Below, in pieces: positions 25,816 to 37,770 of a DNA stretch of 64,000 nucleotides. Positions within the stretch are counted from its first letter, which is position 1. Each line of letters opens with the position of its first letter. A program made the translations under genes and the position numbers. The stretch is from the human T2T-CHM13v2.0 reference genome, Homo sapiens. Below the pieces are notes generated by a model. It did not search any database and was not told the origin of the DNA. It saw only the letters and a program-made list of their open reading frames with translations. Location: the NCBI RefSeq assembly GCF_009914755.1, contig NC_060930.1; one strand, 5' to 3'.

Positions 25816-26749
25816 ACCAAAGATCACACTGCAAGACCAAGAAGTTTAACTTAGAATAATTTAAATTCTCTGAGAAATTCACAGCTTAACAGCCCATGAA
25901 CATCTTCATATGTCCTTCAGAAAGTCATGCAGGAGTGGCTTTATATTAATGATCAATCTGTCAAAGCAAAATGCAAATGATGATGAGTCACTTTGTCAAG
26001 TGGGTGTACTAGTGCTGTGGACTATTGAGCTCAAAGGAAGAGGTCGTGCACTAGGGAACTCACACTGTGACAAAGATTGTCATTAGTGTTATTACTCTAA
26101 GACCTCTTATCAGCCAATAAGGCTCAAAAGGAAAAATAAAGAAAACCAGAACTGGGGGCTGACATTGGGAAAATAATTATGCTGCTATTGTGATATTGCT
26201 TATGAAGTACACCCTCAAAAATAAATGACAAAATGCCTAAAATACAATTTCCTTGGGATACATTACTCAGTAAGATGAAGAGTATCTTATCCATGGAGCA
26301 GTGGTATGAGGATCTGATGATGGGCAAAACATTTTTATTGCATGCTTACAGAAGCCAGGTTAAGAAAGTAAGATGTATAAATATAATTAAACATCATACT
26401 CATAGCTACCATTTGTTGGGAGAACCAGCATCCTTGGCACCATCTTCAAAACCATTCTTCCTCTCCTGCAAACCTTGTTGCTTCTAAAATCAAACATATC
26501 CACAACATGACCATATCCCACCACCTCACTGTTGTATCCTGTTCAAAAGTGTTATCACTTCTTGCCCAAATTATTGTAGTAAACTTTAACTGATATAATC
26601 CGTTTCTAAATTGCTTGAACACCTAATGATGGCTCAGCAAAAACTAACATTTTAAAATGTATTCATGAATAGTAAGGTACACCAAACTGAAACAGCTGTT
26701 TTTCTAAGCCTTTGCAAAGAAGGGGGAAAGCTATTGGGTGTGGAGGTGG

Positions 26750-26963
26750 GACAGAGGAAAACTATAGCCAGAGGGCCAAATCTCACCTGTTTCCTATCTT
26801 TGTAAATAAAATTGTATTGGAGCACAACCATACCTATTTATTTATGTGCTATGGCTGTTTGTACTACAATGGCAGGGTTGAGTAGTCCAAACAGAGATGT
26901 ATGACCATCAAAGCTTATCATATTTACTATTTGACCTTTAAAGAAAGAAACTTGTCAGTTCCT
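26750..26963 (+). mobile_element. MER58A hAT MITE
   Basis: gggccaaatct...ttgtaaataaaattgtattggagcaca...atatttactatttgacctttaaagaaa. Confidence 0.8.
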
Positions 26964-28055
26964 GAACTTAGGATATAGCTCATGTTCTTGTAGAACCATT
27001 AGAATAGATCATACTATGTTTATTTTCCTTAAGTGTAGCTAGGAAGTATCTGTATACATTATTCTTAAACTTCCAGAATATTTCTGTAAAGAAATTTCGT
27101 CAAAAGTCAAACCTAAACAAAGCTGCCTTCCTGACACAACCTTAGTGTTTCCAAGAAGTATGTAGCTCAGTTCCACTCATCTAAAAACTAATGTTCTGTC
27201 CATCGAAGGAATTAAAGTCTTCAGTCCACCACCATTTAAAATTAGTGCTCTGGCCAAACCGCCACAAATGCTCTATGTGACTCCATTTTCTATTGTGTTT
27301 CCTTGTCAGATTTGATTCTTTATTTCACTGAAATGGACCAATTTTTGGAAGAACATTATTCCATTCTGAAAACTTCCTATAAGGCATGCGTTTATTACAT
27401 GGCATGAGGTGCTTGAATTAATGCACTACCTATATTCTCAAGGCTTTGAATACCATATGTCAAGTATATATTCTTATAGATTTGAACTTAAAGCATTCCT
27501 TCTGCTCACTTGACATTTCCCTGCATCTTCTATCTGTCCAAAACTAAACTCTCAATCTAACCCCTTCCCCTGCCCAGACCTGCTTACTTCAGCCATCTCC
27601 ATCTAGTTACAGCAGCTCCATCCTTCTTGTCACTTAGGCTAAACAACTTGAGTTCGTCCTTAGTTTGGATATACAATGTGTGGGAGAGAAGTCTAACAGA
27701 CAGTCTGTGATGGTTAAAACTGAGTGTCAACTTGACTGGATTGAAGGATGTATAGGTGTGTCTGTGAGGGTGTTGCCAAAGGAGATTAACATTTGAGTCA
27801 GTGGGCTGGGGAAGGCAGACCCACCCTTAATCTGGTAGGCACAATCTAATCAGCTGCCAGCAAAAATAAAGCAGGCAGAAAAACGTGAAAAGGCGAGACT
27901 GGCCTAGCCTCCCAGCCTACATCTTTCTCCTGTGCTGGATGCTTCCTGCCCTGAAACATCAGACTCCATGTTCTTCAGTTTTGAGACTTGGACTAGCTCT
28001 CCTTGCCCCTCAAGCTTACAGACAGCCTATTGTGGGACCTTGTGATTTATGAACT

Positions 28056-29007
28056 CATATATACATATATATACACACACAGACATGTATACACACATGT
28101 ACACACATATATGTATATATACACATATATATGTATACACATATGTATATGTGTATACACATATATGTATATATACACATATTTATATATGTATACACAT
28201 GTATGTATATACACACATTTATATATACATAGATACACGTGTGTGTATACACGTATACACAAATATACGTGTATACGTGTATACACATACATATGTGTAA
28301 ACACGTACACATATACACACACATACATGTATATACACATACACATACACACATACATGCATATACACATAAATACATGTATATACATACACATGTATAC
28401 ACACATACATGTATATACATACACACATGTATATACACATACATGCATACACATACACACATGTATATACACATACATGTATATACATACATACATGTAT
28501 ATACATAGATATCTACACGTATGCATGTATATGTGTATGTGCACATGCATACATACATGTATACGTGTATACCTATGTATATATACATGTATACACACGA
28601 GCACATACATATATACATGTATATATACATGTATGCATGCATGCGCATATACATGTACACATGCATGCACACACATGTGCACATACACATATACATATGC
28701 ATACATGTAAGTGTATATACACGCATGCATACATGTAAGCACATGCATACATGTATGCGTGTACACATGTATACATGCGTGCACACATGCATGCATGTAT
28801 GCATATATACATGTATACATGTGTGTATATACACATATACATGAATACTTGTGTATATATACATGTATGTGTGTGTATATACATACATATATGCATGTAT
28901 ACATGTGTACATATACATACATATATGCATGTATACATTTGTATTATACATACATATATACTGTATAAGTGTATATATACATATATAGACGTATACATAC
29001 ATATATG
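28056..29007. repeat. About 950 bp alternating purine-pyrimidine (TA/CA/TG/CG) complex microsatellite
   Basis: Near-continuous RY alternation built from ATAC, ACAT, ATGT and GCAT units. Confidence 0.97.
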
Positions 29008-30746
29008 GGGAATTCCCTATGATCAGTTGACAGAGGAAGAGAAGACTAGGGCCTGGTTCACTGATGGTTCTGCACAATATGCAGGCACCACCCAAAAGTG
29101 GACAGCTGCAGCATGACAGCCCCTTTCTAGGGCATCTCTGAAGGACAGCAGTGAAGAGAAATCTTTCCAGTGGGCAGAACTTCAAACAGTGCATCTGGTT
29201 GTACACTTTGCATGGAAGGAGAAATGGCCAGATGTGCGATTATATATTGATTCGTGGGCTGTAGCCAATGGTTTGGCTGGATGGTCATGGACTTGGAAGA
29301 AGTATGATTGGAAAATTGGTGACAAAGAAATTTGGGGAAGAGGTATGTTGATGGACCTCTCTGAGTAGTCAAAAACTGTGAAGATATTTGTATCGCATGT
29401 GAGTGCTCACCAACAGGTGACCTTGGCAGAGGAGGATTTTAATAATCAAGTGGAGAGGATGACCTGTTCTATGGACACCACTCAGCCTCTTTCCCCAGCC
29501 ACCCCTGTCATTGCCGAACAGGCCCATGAACAAAGTGGTAATGGTGGCAGGGATGGAGGTTGTGCATGGGCTCAGCAACATGGACTTCCACTCACCAAGG
29601 ACGACCTGGCTATGGCCACTGCTGAGTGCCCAATTTGCCAGCAGCAGAAAGCAACACTGAGCCCTCGATATGACACCATTCCTTGGGGTGATCAGCCAGT
29701 GTCCTGGTGGCAGGTTGATTATATTGGAACTCTTCCATCATGGAAAGGGCAGAGGTTTGTCCTCATTGGAATAGACACTTACTCTGAATATGGGTTTCCC
29801 TATCCTGCCTGCAGTGCTTCTGGCAAGACTACCATCCGTGGACTCACAGAATGCCTTATCTACCATCATGGTATTCCACACGGCATTGCCTCTGACCAAG
29901 GCACTCACTTTATGGCTAAATAAGTGAAGCAGTGAGCTCATGCTCATGGAATTCACTGGTCCTACCATGTTCCCTATCACTCTGAAGCAGCTGGATTAAT
30001 AGAATGGTTGAATGGCCTTTTGAAGTCACAATTAAAATGCCAACTAGGTGACAATACTTTGCAGGGCTGGGACAAAGTTCTCCAGAAGGCTGTGTATGCT
30101 CTGAATCAGAGTCCAATATATCATACTGTTTCTCCCATAGCCAGGATTTATGGGTCCGGGAATCACGGGGTGAAAGTGGAAGTGGCACCACTCACCATCA
30201 TGCCTAGTGATCCACTAGCAAAATTTTTGCTTCCTGTACCCGCGACATTACGTTCTGCTGGCCTAGAGGTCTTAGTTCCAGAGGAAGGAACACTGCCACC
30301 AGGAGGCACAACAACAATTCCATTAAACTGGAAGTTAAGATAGCCACCTTGGGATCCTCCTACCTTTATGTCAACAGGCTAAGAGGAGAGTTACAGTGTT
30401 TGCTGAGGTGACTGACCCAGACTATCAAGATGAAATCAGTCTACTACTTCATAATGAAGGTAAGGAGCAGTATGTATGGAATACAGAAGATCCATTAGGC
30501 TGTCTCATAGTATTACCATGCCCTGTGATTAAGGTCAATGGGAAACTACAACAGCCCAAGCCAGGCAGGACTACAAATGGTCCAGACTCCTCAGAAATGA
30601 AGATTTGGTTCACTCCACCAGGAAAAAATCTGCTACCTGCTGAGGTGCTTTCTAAAGGCAAAGGGAATACAGAATGGGTAGTAGAAGAAGGTAGTCATCA
30701 ATACCAGCTGGGACCACGTGACCAGCTGCAGAAACAAGGATGGTAA
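29006..30746 (+). pseudogene. HERV-L pol remnant: RNase H, integrase and dUTPase-like regions with stops
   Basis: RAWFTDGSA (RNase H); HVSAH..FNNQV; HEQSGNGG..CPIC zinc finger; WQVDYIG and SDQGTHF (integrase catalytic D residues); SAGLEV and DPDYQDEI (dUTPase); stops ending at 29116, 29923 and 30343. Confidence 0.9.
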
Positions 30747-31420
30747 CTGTCATGAGTATTTTCTCCTTTAGTTAATAACATATTTGTGCATTATACACTT
30801 CTACTAATAAAATATCTTCATTTCCTTTTCCTTTATCATGTGACATGAGATTTATTGACTTCCTATCAGCATTTAAGTATTGTTAACTTTATGTAATAGT
30901 ATTTGGGTTGGGTGTTGGTGTGTTTCCAGTTGTATGAAGGATGGTTGTATTATGTTAGTGTAGTTATGACCTCATTATTGTCTTTCTTTGAGATTGTGTA
31001 TGATCTCAGGAGATGTGTATGGGTTCAAGTTAACAAGGGGTGGACTTGTGATGGTTAATACTTAGTGTCAACTTGATTGGATTGAAGGATGCAAAGTATT
31101 GATCCTAGGCGTGTCTGTGAGGATGTTGCAAAAGGAGATTAACATTTGAGTCAGTGGGCTGGAGAAGGCAGATCCACCCTTAATCTGGTGGGCACAATCT
31201 ATTCAGCTGCCAATGAATATAAAGCAGGCAGAAAAACGTGAAAAGGTGAGACTGGCCTAGCACCCCCAGCCTACATCTTTCTCCCGTGCTGGATGCTTCC
31301 TGCCCTCAAACATTGGACTCCAAGTTCTTCAGTTTTGGGACTAGGATTGGCTCTCCTTGCTCCTCAAGCTTGCAGATGGCCTATTGTGGGACCTTGTGAT
31401 TTATTAAGACTTAATAAACT

Positions 31421-31770
31421 CATATATATATTTATACATAAAAAAATATATATTTATATATAAAAAATATATATATATTTATATATAAAAATATATAAAT
31501 ATATATATTTATATATGTGTAAAAATATATAAATATATTTATATATAAATATATATTTATATCTATTTATTTATATATAAAATTATATATTTATTTATAT
31601 ATTATATATTTATATAAATTTTATATAAAATATATTTACATATATAAATATATTTATAAAATATATTATATATAAAATATATTATATATAATATATATTT
31701 ATATATTATATATAAATACATATGTAAATATAAATATATATATTTATAAATATATATATAAATATATGTA
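31421..31770. repeat. About 350 bp almost pure A/T (TA-rich) low-complexity tract inside the 3' LTR
   Basis: Read directly: tatatatttatatataaaaatatata... Confidence 0.95.
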
Positions 31771-32620
31771 GGATCTCAAGAGATGTCTGTGGGTTCAAGT
31801 TGACAAGGGGTGGACTTGTGATGGTTAATACTGAGTGTCAACTTGATTGGATTGAAGGATGCAAAGTATTGATGCAAAGTATTGATCCGATATATATATA
31901 TATATATATATATATATCCTATTAGTTCAGTCCTTCTAGGGAACCCTAATACACGGTCTTATCACCTTCTAAATAGATTCAGAACCTTCTTACTTCAAAC
32001 TGTCTCCACAGCCACGCCCCTAGCTCAAGCCACTATTGTCTCCACCTGGATGATTGCAGAAGCCTCCCTGCTGGTTTCCCTGCTCCTGTCCCTTACAATC
32101 TGTTCTGAACAGAGCAGCCAGAGTGATCCCATCAAAACTTAAGTCTGATCATATCCATTCCTCTGCTCAAAACCCTCTGATGGCATCCTGACTTGCTCAG
32201 GATAAAATTGGAAGTTTCTACGGTGATCTACAGGGTCTAGGTACCTATGACCTCTCTGGCTTCATTTCCTTATTATCTCCCTTGCTTATTCTGAGTAGTT
32301 ACATAGGCCTCTTTATTATTCTTGGAACATGATAGACAAACCCCTCCTTTGCACTTGCTCTTCCCTTTGTCTGGAACTGGCTTTCTCCCAGGTAATCCAC
32401 ACAGCTTCCTCCCTCACTTACTTAAAGTCTTTGCTCAAATTCACTCCATCAAAAAAGCCTTTGCTGAACACTCTGTAAGTCAGCATCCCTGCCTAGAATA
32501 TCCTTATCCTTTATTCTAGCAGCTATCACCATCATTTCATTTTCAGGGTCTCAGAACAGAGACTTTGCTTTGTTCACTACTGTAAGCCCAGTACCTAGTA
32601 TAGTGCTTAATCTAGGAGAT

Positions 32621-32621
<1 letters not shown>

Positions 32622-32653
<32 letters not shown>

Positions 32654-32930
32654 AGATGGAGTCTTGCCCTGTCACCCAGGCTGGAGTGCAGTGAGTGGTG
32701 TGATCTCAGCTCACTGCAAACTCCGCCTCCCGGGTCCAAGCAATTTTCTTCCTCAGCCTCCCAAGTAGCTGGGATTACAGGTGCCTGCCACCAGGCATGG
32801 CTAATTTTTGTATTTTTAGTAGAGACAGGGTTTCACCATCTTGGCCAGGCTGGTCTTGAACTCCTGACCCTTGTGATCCACTCACTTTGGCCTCCCAAAG
32901 TGCTGGGATTACAGGTGTGAATGCCCGGCC
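32622..32930 (-). mobile_element. AluS (Sx/Sq-like) with long poly(T)
   Basis: Antisense dimeric Alu; ggagattctt is present on both flanks. Confidence 0.9.
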
Positions 32931-33639
32931 AGTACCTAGGAGATTCTTAATACATATTTCCTGAATGAATGAATGGGCACTTAACTATGTTCCAGGCTCT
33001 GTGTTAAATTCCTTACATACATTTTCTCATTGAACCCTCAGAACAAAAAAATTGGCCTGTGTTGTTACATACTTTTAATGCTGAGGAGTAACTCTCTCCA
33101 AGTCACACAGACTGGAAGTACATCAAGATATGCTGGCTCTGAATCACTAAGCTTTATCACCATCTCTCCTACTTCTTATGAGAAGCTTATAAGGAACTTA
33201 CAAAAAGATGACTAATGTTAGAGGGGCAGAAATAAGTTTCCTGACCTTTAGCTGTTCTTTCACAGTGAGGGAGGAAAAGGGAGGTGCCTAAATTGGCCAA
33301 GGGGTTGAAGCTTAAAGGAGGGGTTTCTTTAGAGAGATTTGGTGCCTGCCTTAGTAGGGATAAAGAAAATTTCCCTCAAGGTTAATGTGAGAGTTTAATA
33401 AAAGGAGTGTTTACAAAACTGTAGGAAGAGTGGAGGGAAACCATAAAGCATGCTTCTGTACCCTGGAACTCATATAAGCTGAGTGCTCCTAGGACTGGAA
33501 GAGTCACCGGGGTGGAGAATGGAGCTGGACAGGTGACGGCAAGATATCCAGCAGAGCAAAGGAAGGAGGGACCTTGGGTTTCCCAAGTATCCACACAGAT
33601 TCAATTTGCCATGCCACATAAGATCTTGTGGTGGACACT

Positions 33640-34385
<746 letters not shown>

Positions 34386-36999
34386 CTATGACAAACTGGA
34401 GTTTAGGAATAGTAAACATTCAAACAGATTTTCAAGTTAGGCCACTGGTATAATTTTGGAGGCTACAGGGCAAATTTTCCTATTGATCTGCAAAAAGCAA
34501 TGGAAACCATAGGCTTTATGTCCTTGGATTCTTTGAGTGATATTGGGAGGCAGAAGAAGGAGGGTAAGAAATGGTTATTAATCCCGGGTTTGCCAAATAC
34601 ATTGTCAGGCTGGGCAACTTGCAAATGGTCTTGCCTGTTGTCTGGGAGGAGTGACTGAACAGCGTTCTCCCAGGCTGTCTGTGTTCTCAGTCAACTGAGT
34701 GAGGCTAAGACACGAGAAATGAAGAGCTCCAACTTTGTTTGGGTGGAATTCAGTCATTCATCCATTCAATGAATATGGACTAAACATGACAAAATGCCAT
34801 GTAAGATGCTAATTATTATGCAAGTTACATTCACTAACACCACCTTAGAAAATAAACTCATGAGAATAATTAAGTTCAAATACAATAGACTAGAAAATAA
34901 TCAAATTTAACCATTTATTTTCTAGGATGTTTTCTACAAGATATTATTTAGGCAAACTTTTGACTGCTAAGGCCATTCTACACATTGTAAATGAAAACAA
35001 TTTTATTGTTATAGATGTTATAAATATACATACTTAAGAAGTTAAATTTTCTCTTTACTAAAATTCTATTAGTCTGTAAAACCATTTTGTAAGGACCAAA
35101 AATATATTTATATATCACAATTTTAGTTCCACTTCATCAAATTCCTATTCATCTGTATAAGTAACATATCTTTTTTCATCTTAATATTTTATCCTCTGGT
35201 TAAAAAAACAAACAAACCAAACTTTTCAGCTTAGCTCTTTAAATTACAAACCATCTTTCTTTTTTAACTATAGCATATATGGTTCAGTAAAATCATATTG
35301 TACCTCTCTTAGTAGGTAAACTTTATGTACAGACTGTTTCTAAAATATATTTTACCATTTCTTAAGTTTCCATTTGTAAGTGTAAGGTGTTTGCCTAATT
35401 TGAAGAAATTAGCTTTTCTCTCCAAAATTTATTATCTGAGCTCCCTATAATTTTTCAACATAACATCTTTTATTTTAGACATACATTTAAAGCACAGATT
35501 TCATCATAATTACAGAATTAAAACAACCTTTAAATATATAGACATGCTTTTTTTCTCCTCATAGAAAGTCCACTTCTATGGTATTAACTTTTTTATATTT
35601 AGTATCATGAGGTGAACTATTGAATTTCATGTTAGATTTTCACTGGGCTGACTGATACCAAAGCTATTGTAGTTTATATCTTGAATCTCATTGTTTTACA
35701 TATACACTATATGTAAATATGTCTTTTATACACACATACACATATACAGACACGCAATGTGTTTAACTTCATTTTCAATTGTTTCTTTTTATCTCTCTGA
35801 TGTTCATTCTTCGGAAGTCCTCTCTTTCCTTATCTTGTAGGTATGCTTTATTTATGAGTTTGTCTCAGGGGTAGGTATGCTTTATTTACGAGTTTGACTG
35901 TTTTGGTTAGCATTTGTAGTGCTGATGTGTAATGTGTTATGTTAATCTACTTAGGTAAAAATTGTGTCACGTCCTTCCTGGGAAAGTCAATTGGAGCTCA
36001 GTGGAGAAGATGCGGGAATGTGTGAGAGGTGGCAGCGGCCTACATGCTCATTCTCCTTCTGAAATGTAATTTACTCTGGTTTTGGGTAAGTTACATCAGC
36101 TTTTCTTGAAAATACAAAGCTGCTTGATCATAGTTGAGGGCAAATAACTGAGTGGAATTTGTAGTTTTGCCACTGGAATTAACCTTGGGCAGGCAACAGA
36201 AGCACATCTCTCCACTTTGTTTTGGCAGCGTGAGGAATGAGAATAATAATGCTGCCTACTTTACGAGGAGAGGCTTAATGCATTGTACTTCTGTAGAACA
36301 TTGTGAGATCCTGCCGCAAGGGGTGCTGGGAGGGCCTGGATGCTATAGAAATCTAAATGCCATTATTCTTGGTATTTCAAAGCTGTTCTCTCAGGGTTAT
36401 AGCAGTCTCTCACCAGTGGGCTATTGAATTATTGTTATGAATAAGAACTGGAATCTAGTTAGAAGAAACTGGAAATCTTAAGTTTTTATTGTTGCCCCAG
36501 ATCTGAGCTTTTTGTATACATATGTGATTCTCTAAATTAATTAGCTTAGTTGTTCCACATAAAAACAAAAACAGACTGGAAATGATTTCTGCTGCATCTC
36601 TAACAAAACAGGATATCAGCACCCAGACATCCAGAATGCAGACAAGGCCAGCAGGAGAGGGAAGAGGATGATGATGGCAAGATGGACATCCAGCCCCATT
36701 CTGGGAGATTTCATTATGGATGTGGGTTGTAACAGGAACAGTAGTATATGATGAATGTCAGTCATAAATCAGGCTGTTTGAAGATTGTCACTGTTGGCCT
36801 GGAGAGTCAGATTATTCTCATTGGGACTCCTGGAAAGTCTTTCTGTACTTCTGTATCTACTGCTGATCAAATTAGAAGGAAGTAGTACAACGGATGTATA
36901 AATATAATTCAGCCTCCCACCTCTACCTCCAAACGGTTATTTGCTCTGCAGGAGCCTCTTCTCCGCTTTCCCTACTGCCAGCCTTTCTCAGGTTCTTCC

Positions 37000-37470
37000 A
37001 TCCGCCATGCTACTGCCAGAACATTTTTCTCCTGGGAACAAAATCGGAATTTCTCTCTCTCTCTTGCTTGAAAACCTCTCAATTCCCAGATGTTGCCCAC
37101 AAGACTCATTCCAAATTCCTCTGGCAGGAATATAAGGCCAGTTACAATTTGGCCTCAAGCTGACTCATTCCTTTTATTCCTGGCCACTGTAATCCTATGC
37201 TTTAAATTCCAGCTTCAGTAAATTTTTTAGCACTTCTTTAAACAACAGGGCCCTTTGGTCTGCCTTTACCCAAACTGTTCCCGTCACCTGAAAACTCTGT
37301 CTGCCCGAAGCCACCTTGTGGACACTCATCCTTCTGCATTCTGCTCAAAGGCTGTGTACCCTTCCTTGGAACCTCTCTCTCTCTGGTCTCCCCAGCCCTG
37401 AGTACATCCCCTCTCTACCAACCATAGAGTTAAAGTTACCTCTGGTTTTGTGAGGGTAAGGACTATGCTT
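37000..37470 (+). mobile_element. Degenerate L2
   Basis: cttgcttgaaaacctctcaattccc...tccaaattcct...ttgtgagggtaaggactatg. Confidence 0.55.
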
Positions 37471-37475
37471 TTCAC

Positions 37476-37770
37476 TTTTTTTTTTTTTTGAGGCACATTC
37501 TCGCTTTGCCACCCAGGCTGTAGTATAGTGGCATGATTACAGCTTACTGTAGCCTCAATCTCCCAGTCTCAAGCAATCTTCCCACCTCAACCTCCTGAGT
37601 AGTTGGGACTATAGGCACATGCCACCACGCTTGGCCAATTTTTGTATTTTTTATAGAGATGGGCTTTTGCCATATTGCCCAGGCTGGATTCAAACTCCTG
37701 GGCTCAAGTGATCCTCCTGCCTGGGCCTCCCAGTGTGCTGGGATTATAGGTGTGAGCCACTGTGCCCAGC
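37476..37770 (-). mobile_element. AluJ
   Basis: Antisense dimer containing ctcctgggctcaagtgatcctcc; TSD gcttttcac. Confidence 0.9.

Larger units (their letters stand above)
27706..31953 (+). mobile_element. HERV-L provirus with MLT2A1-type LTRs, internally deleted (gag/pro/RT missing)
   Basis: TGTGATGG...CTAATACA termini, 5-bp TSD CAGTC/CGGTC, two homologous LTRs starting 27706 and 31047, PPT aaggggtggact at 31035-31046. Confidence 0.92.
27430..32975 (+). mobile_element. L2 element hosting the HERV-L provirus and an Alu
   Basis: L2 text at 27430-27700 resumes at 31959 (ctcaagccactattgtctccacctgga...) and ends tgaatgaatgaat near 32975. Confidence 0.75.

Noticed and set aside
28003-29206. Long ORFs (up to 383 aa) rich in Y/I/H/T/C/M/V in nearly all six frames
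   Set aside because: All stop codons are YRR and cannot occur in strict RY alternation, so these ORFs are an artefact of the microsatellite.
29378-29923. 181-aa integrase ORF as a possible domesticated gene
   Set aside because: It begins at GTG, the second zinc-finger His reads as Asn, and a stop falls before the catalytic Glu; flanking pol has further stops.
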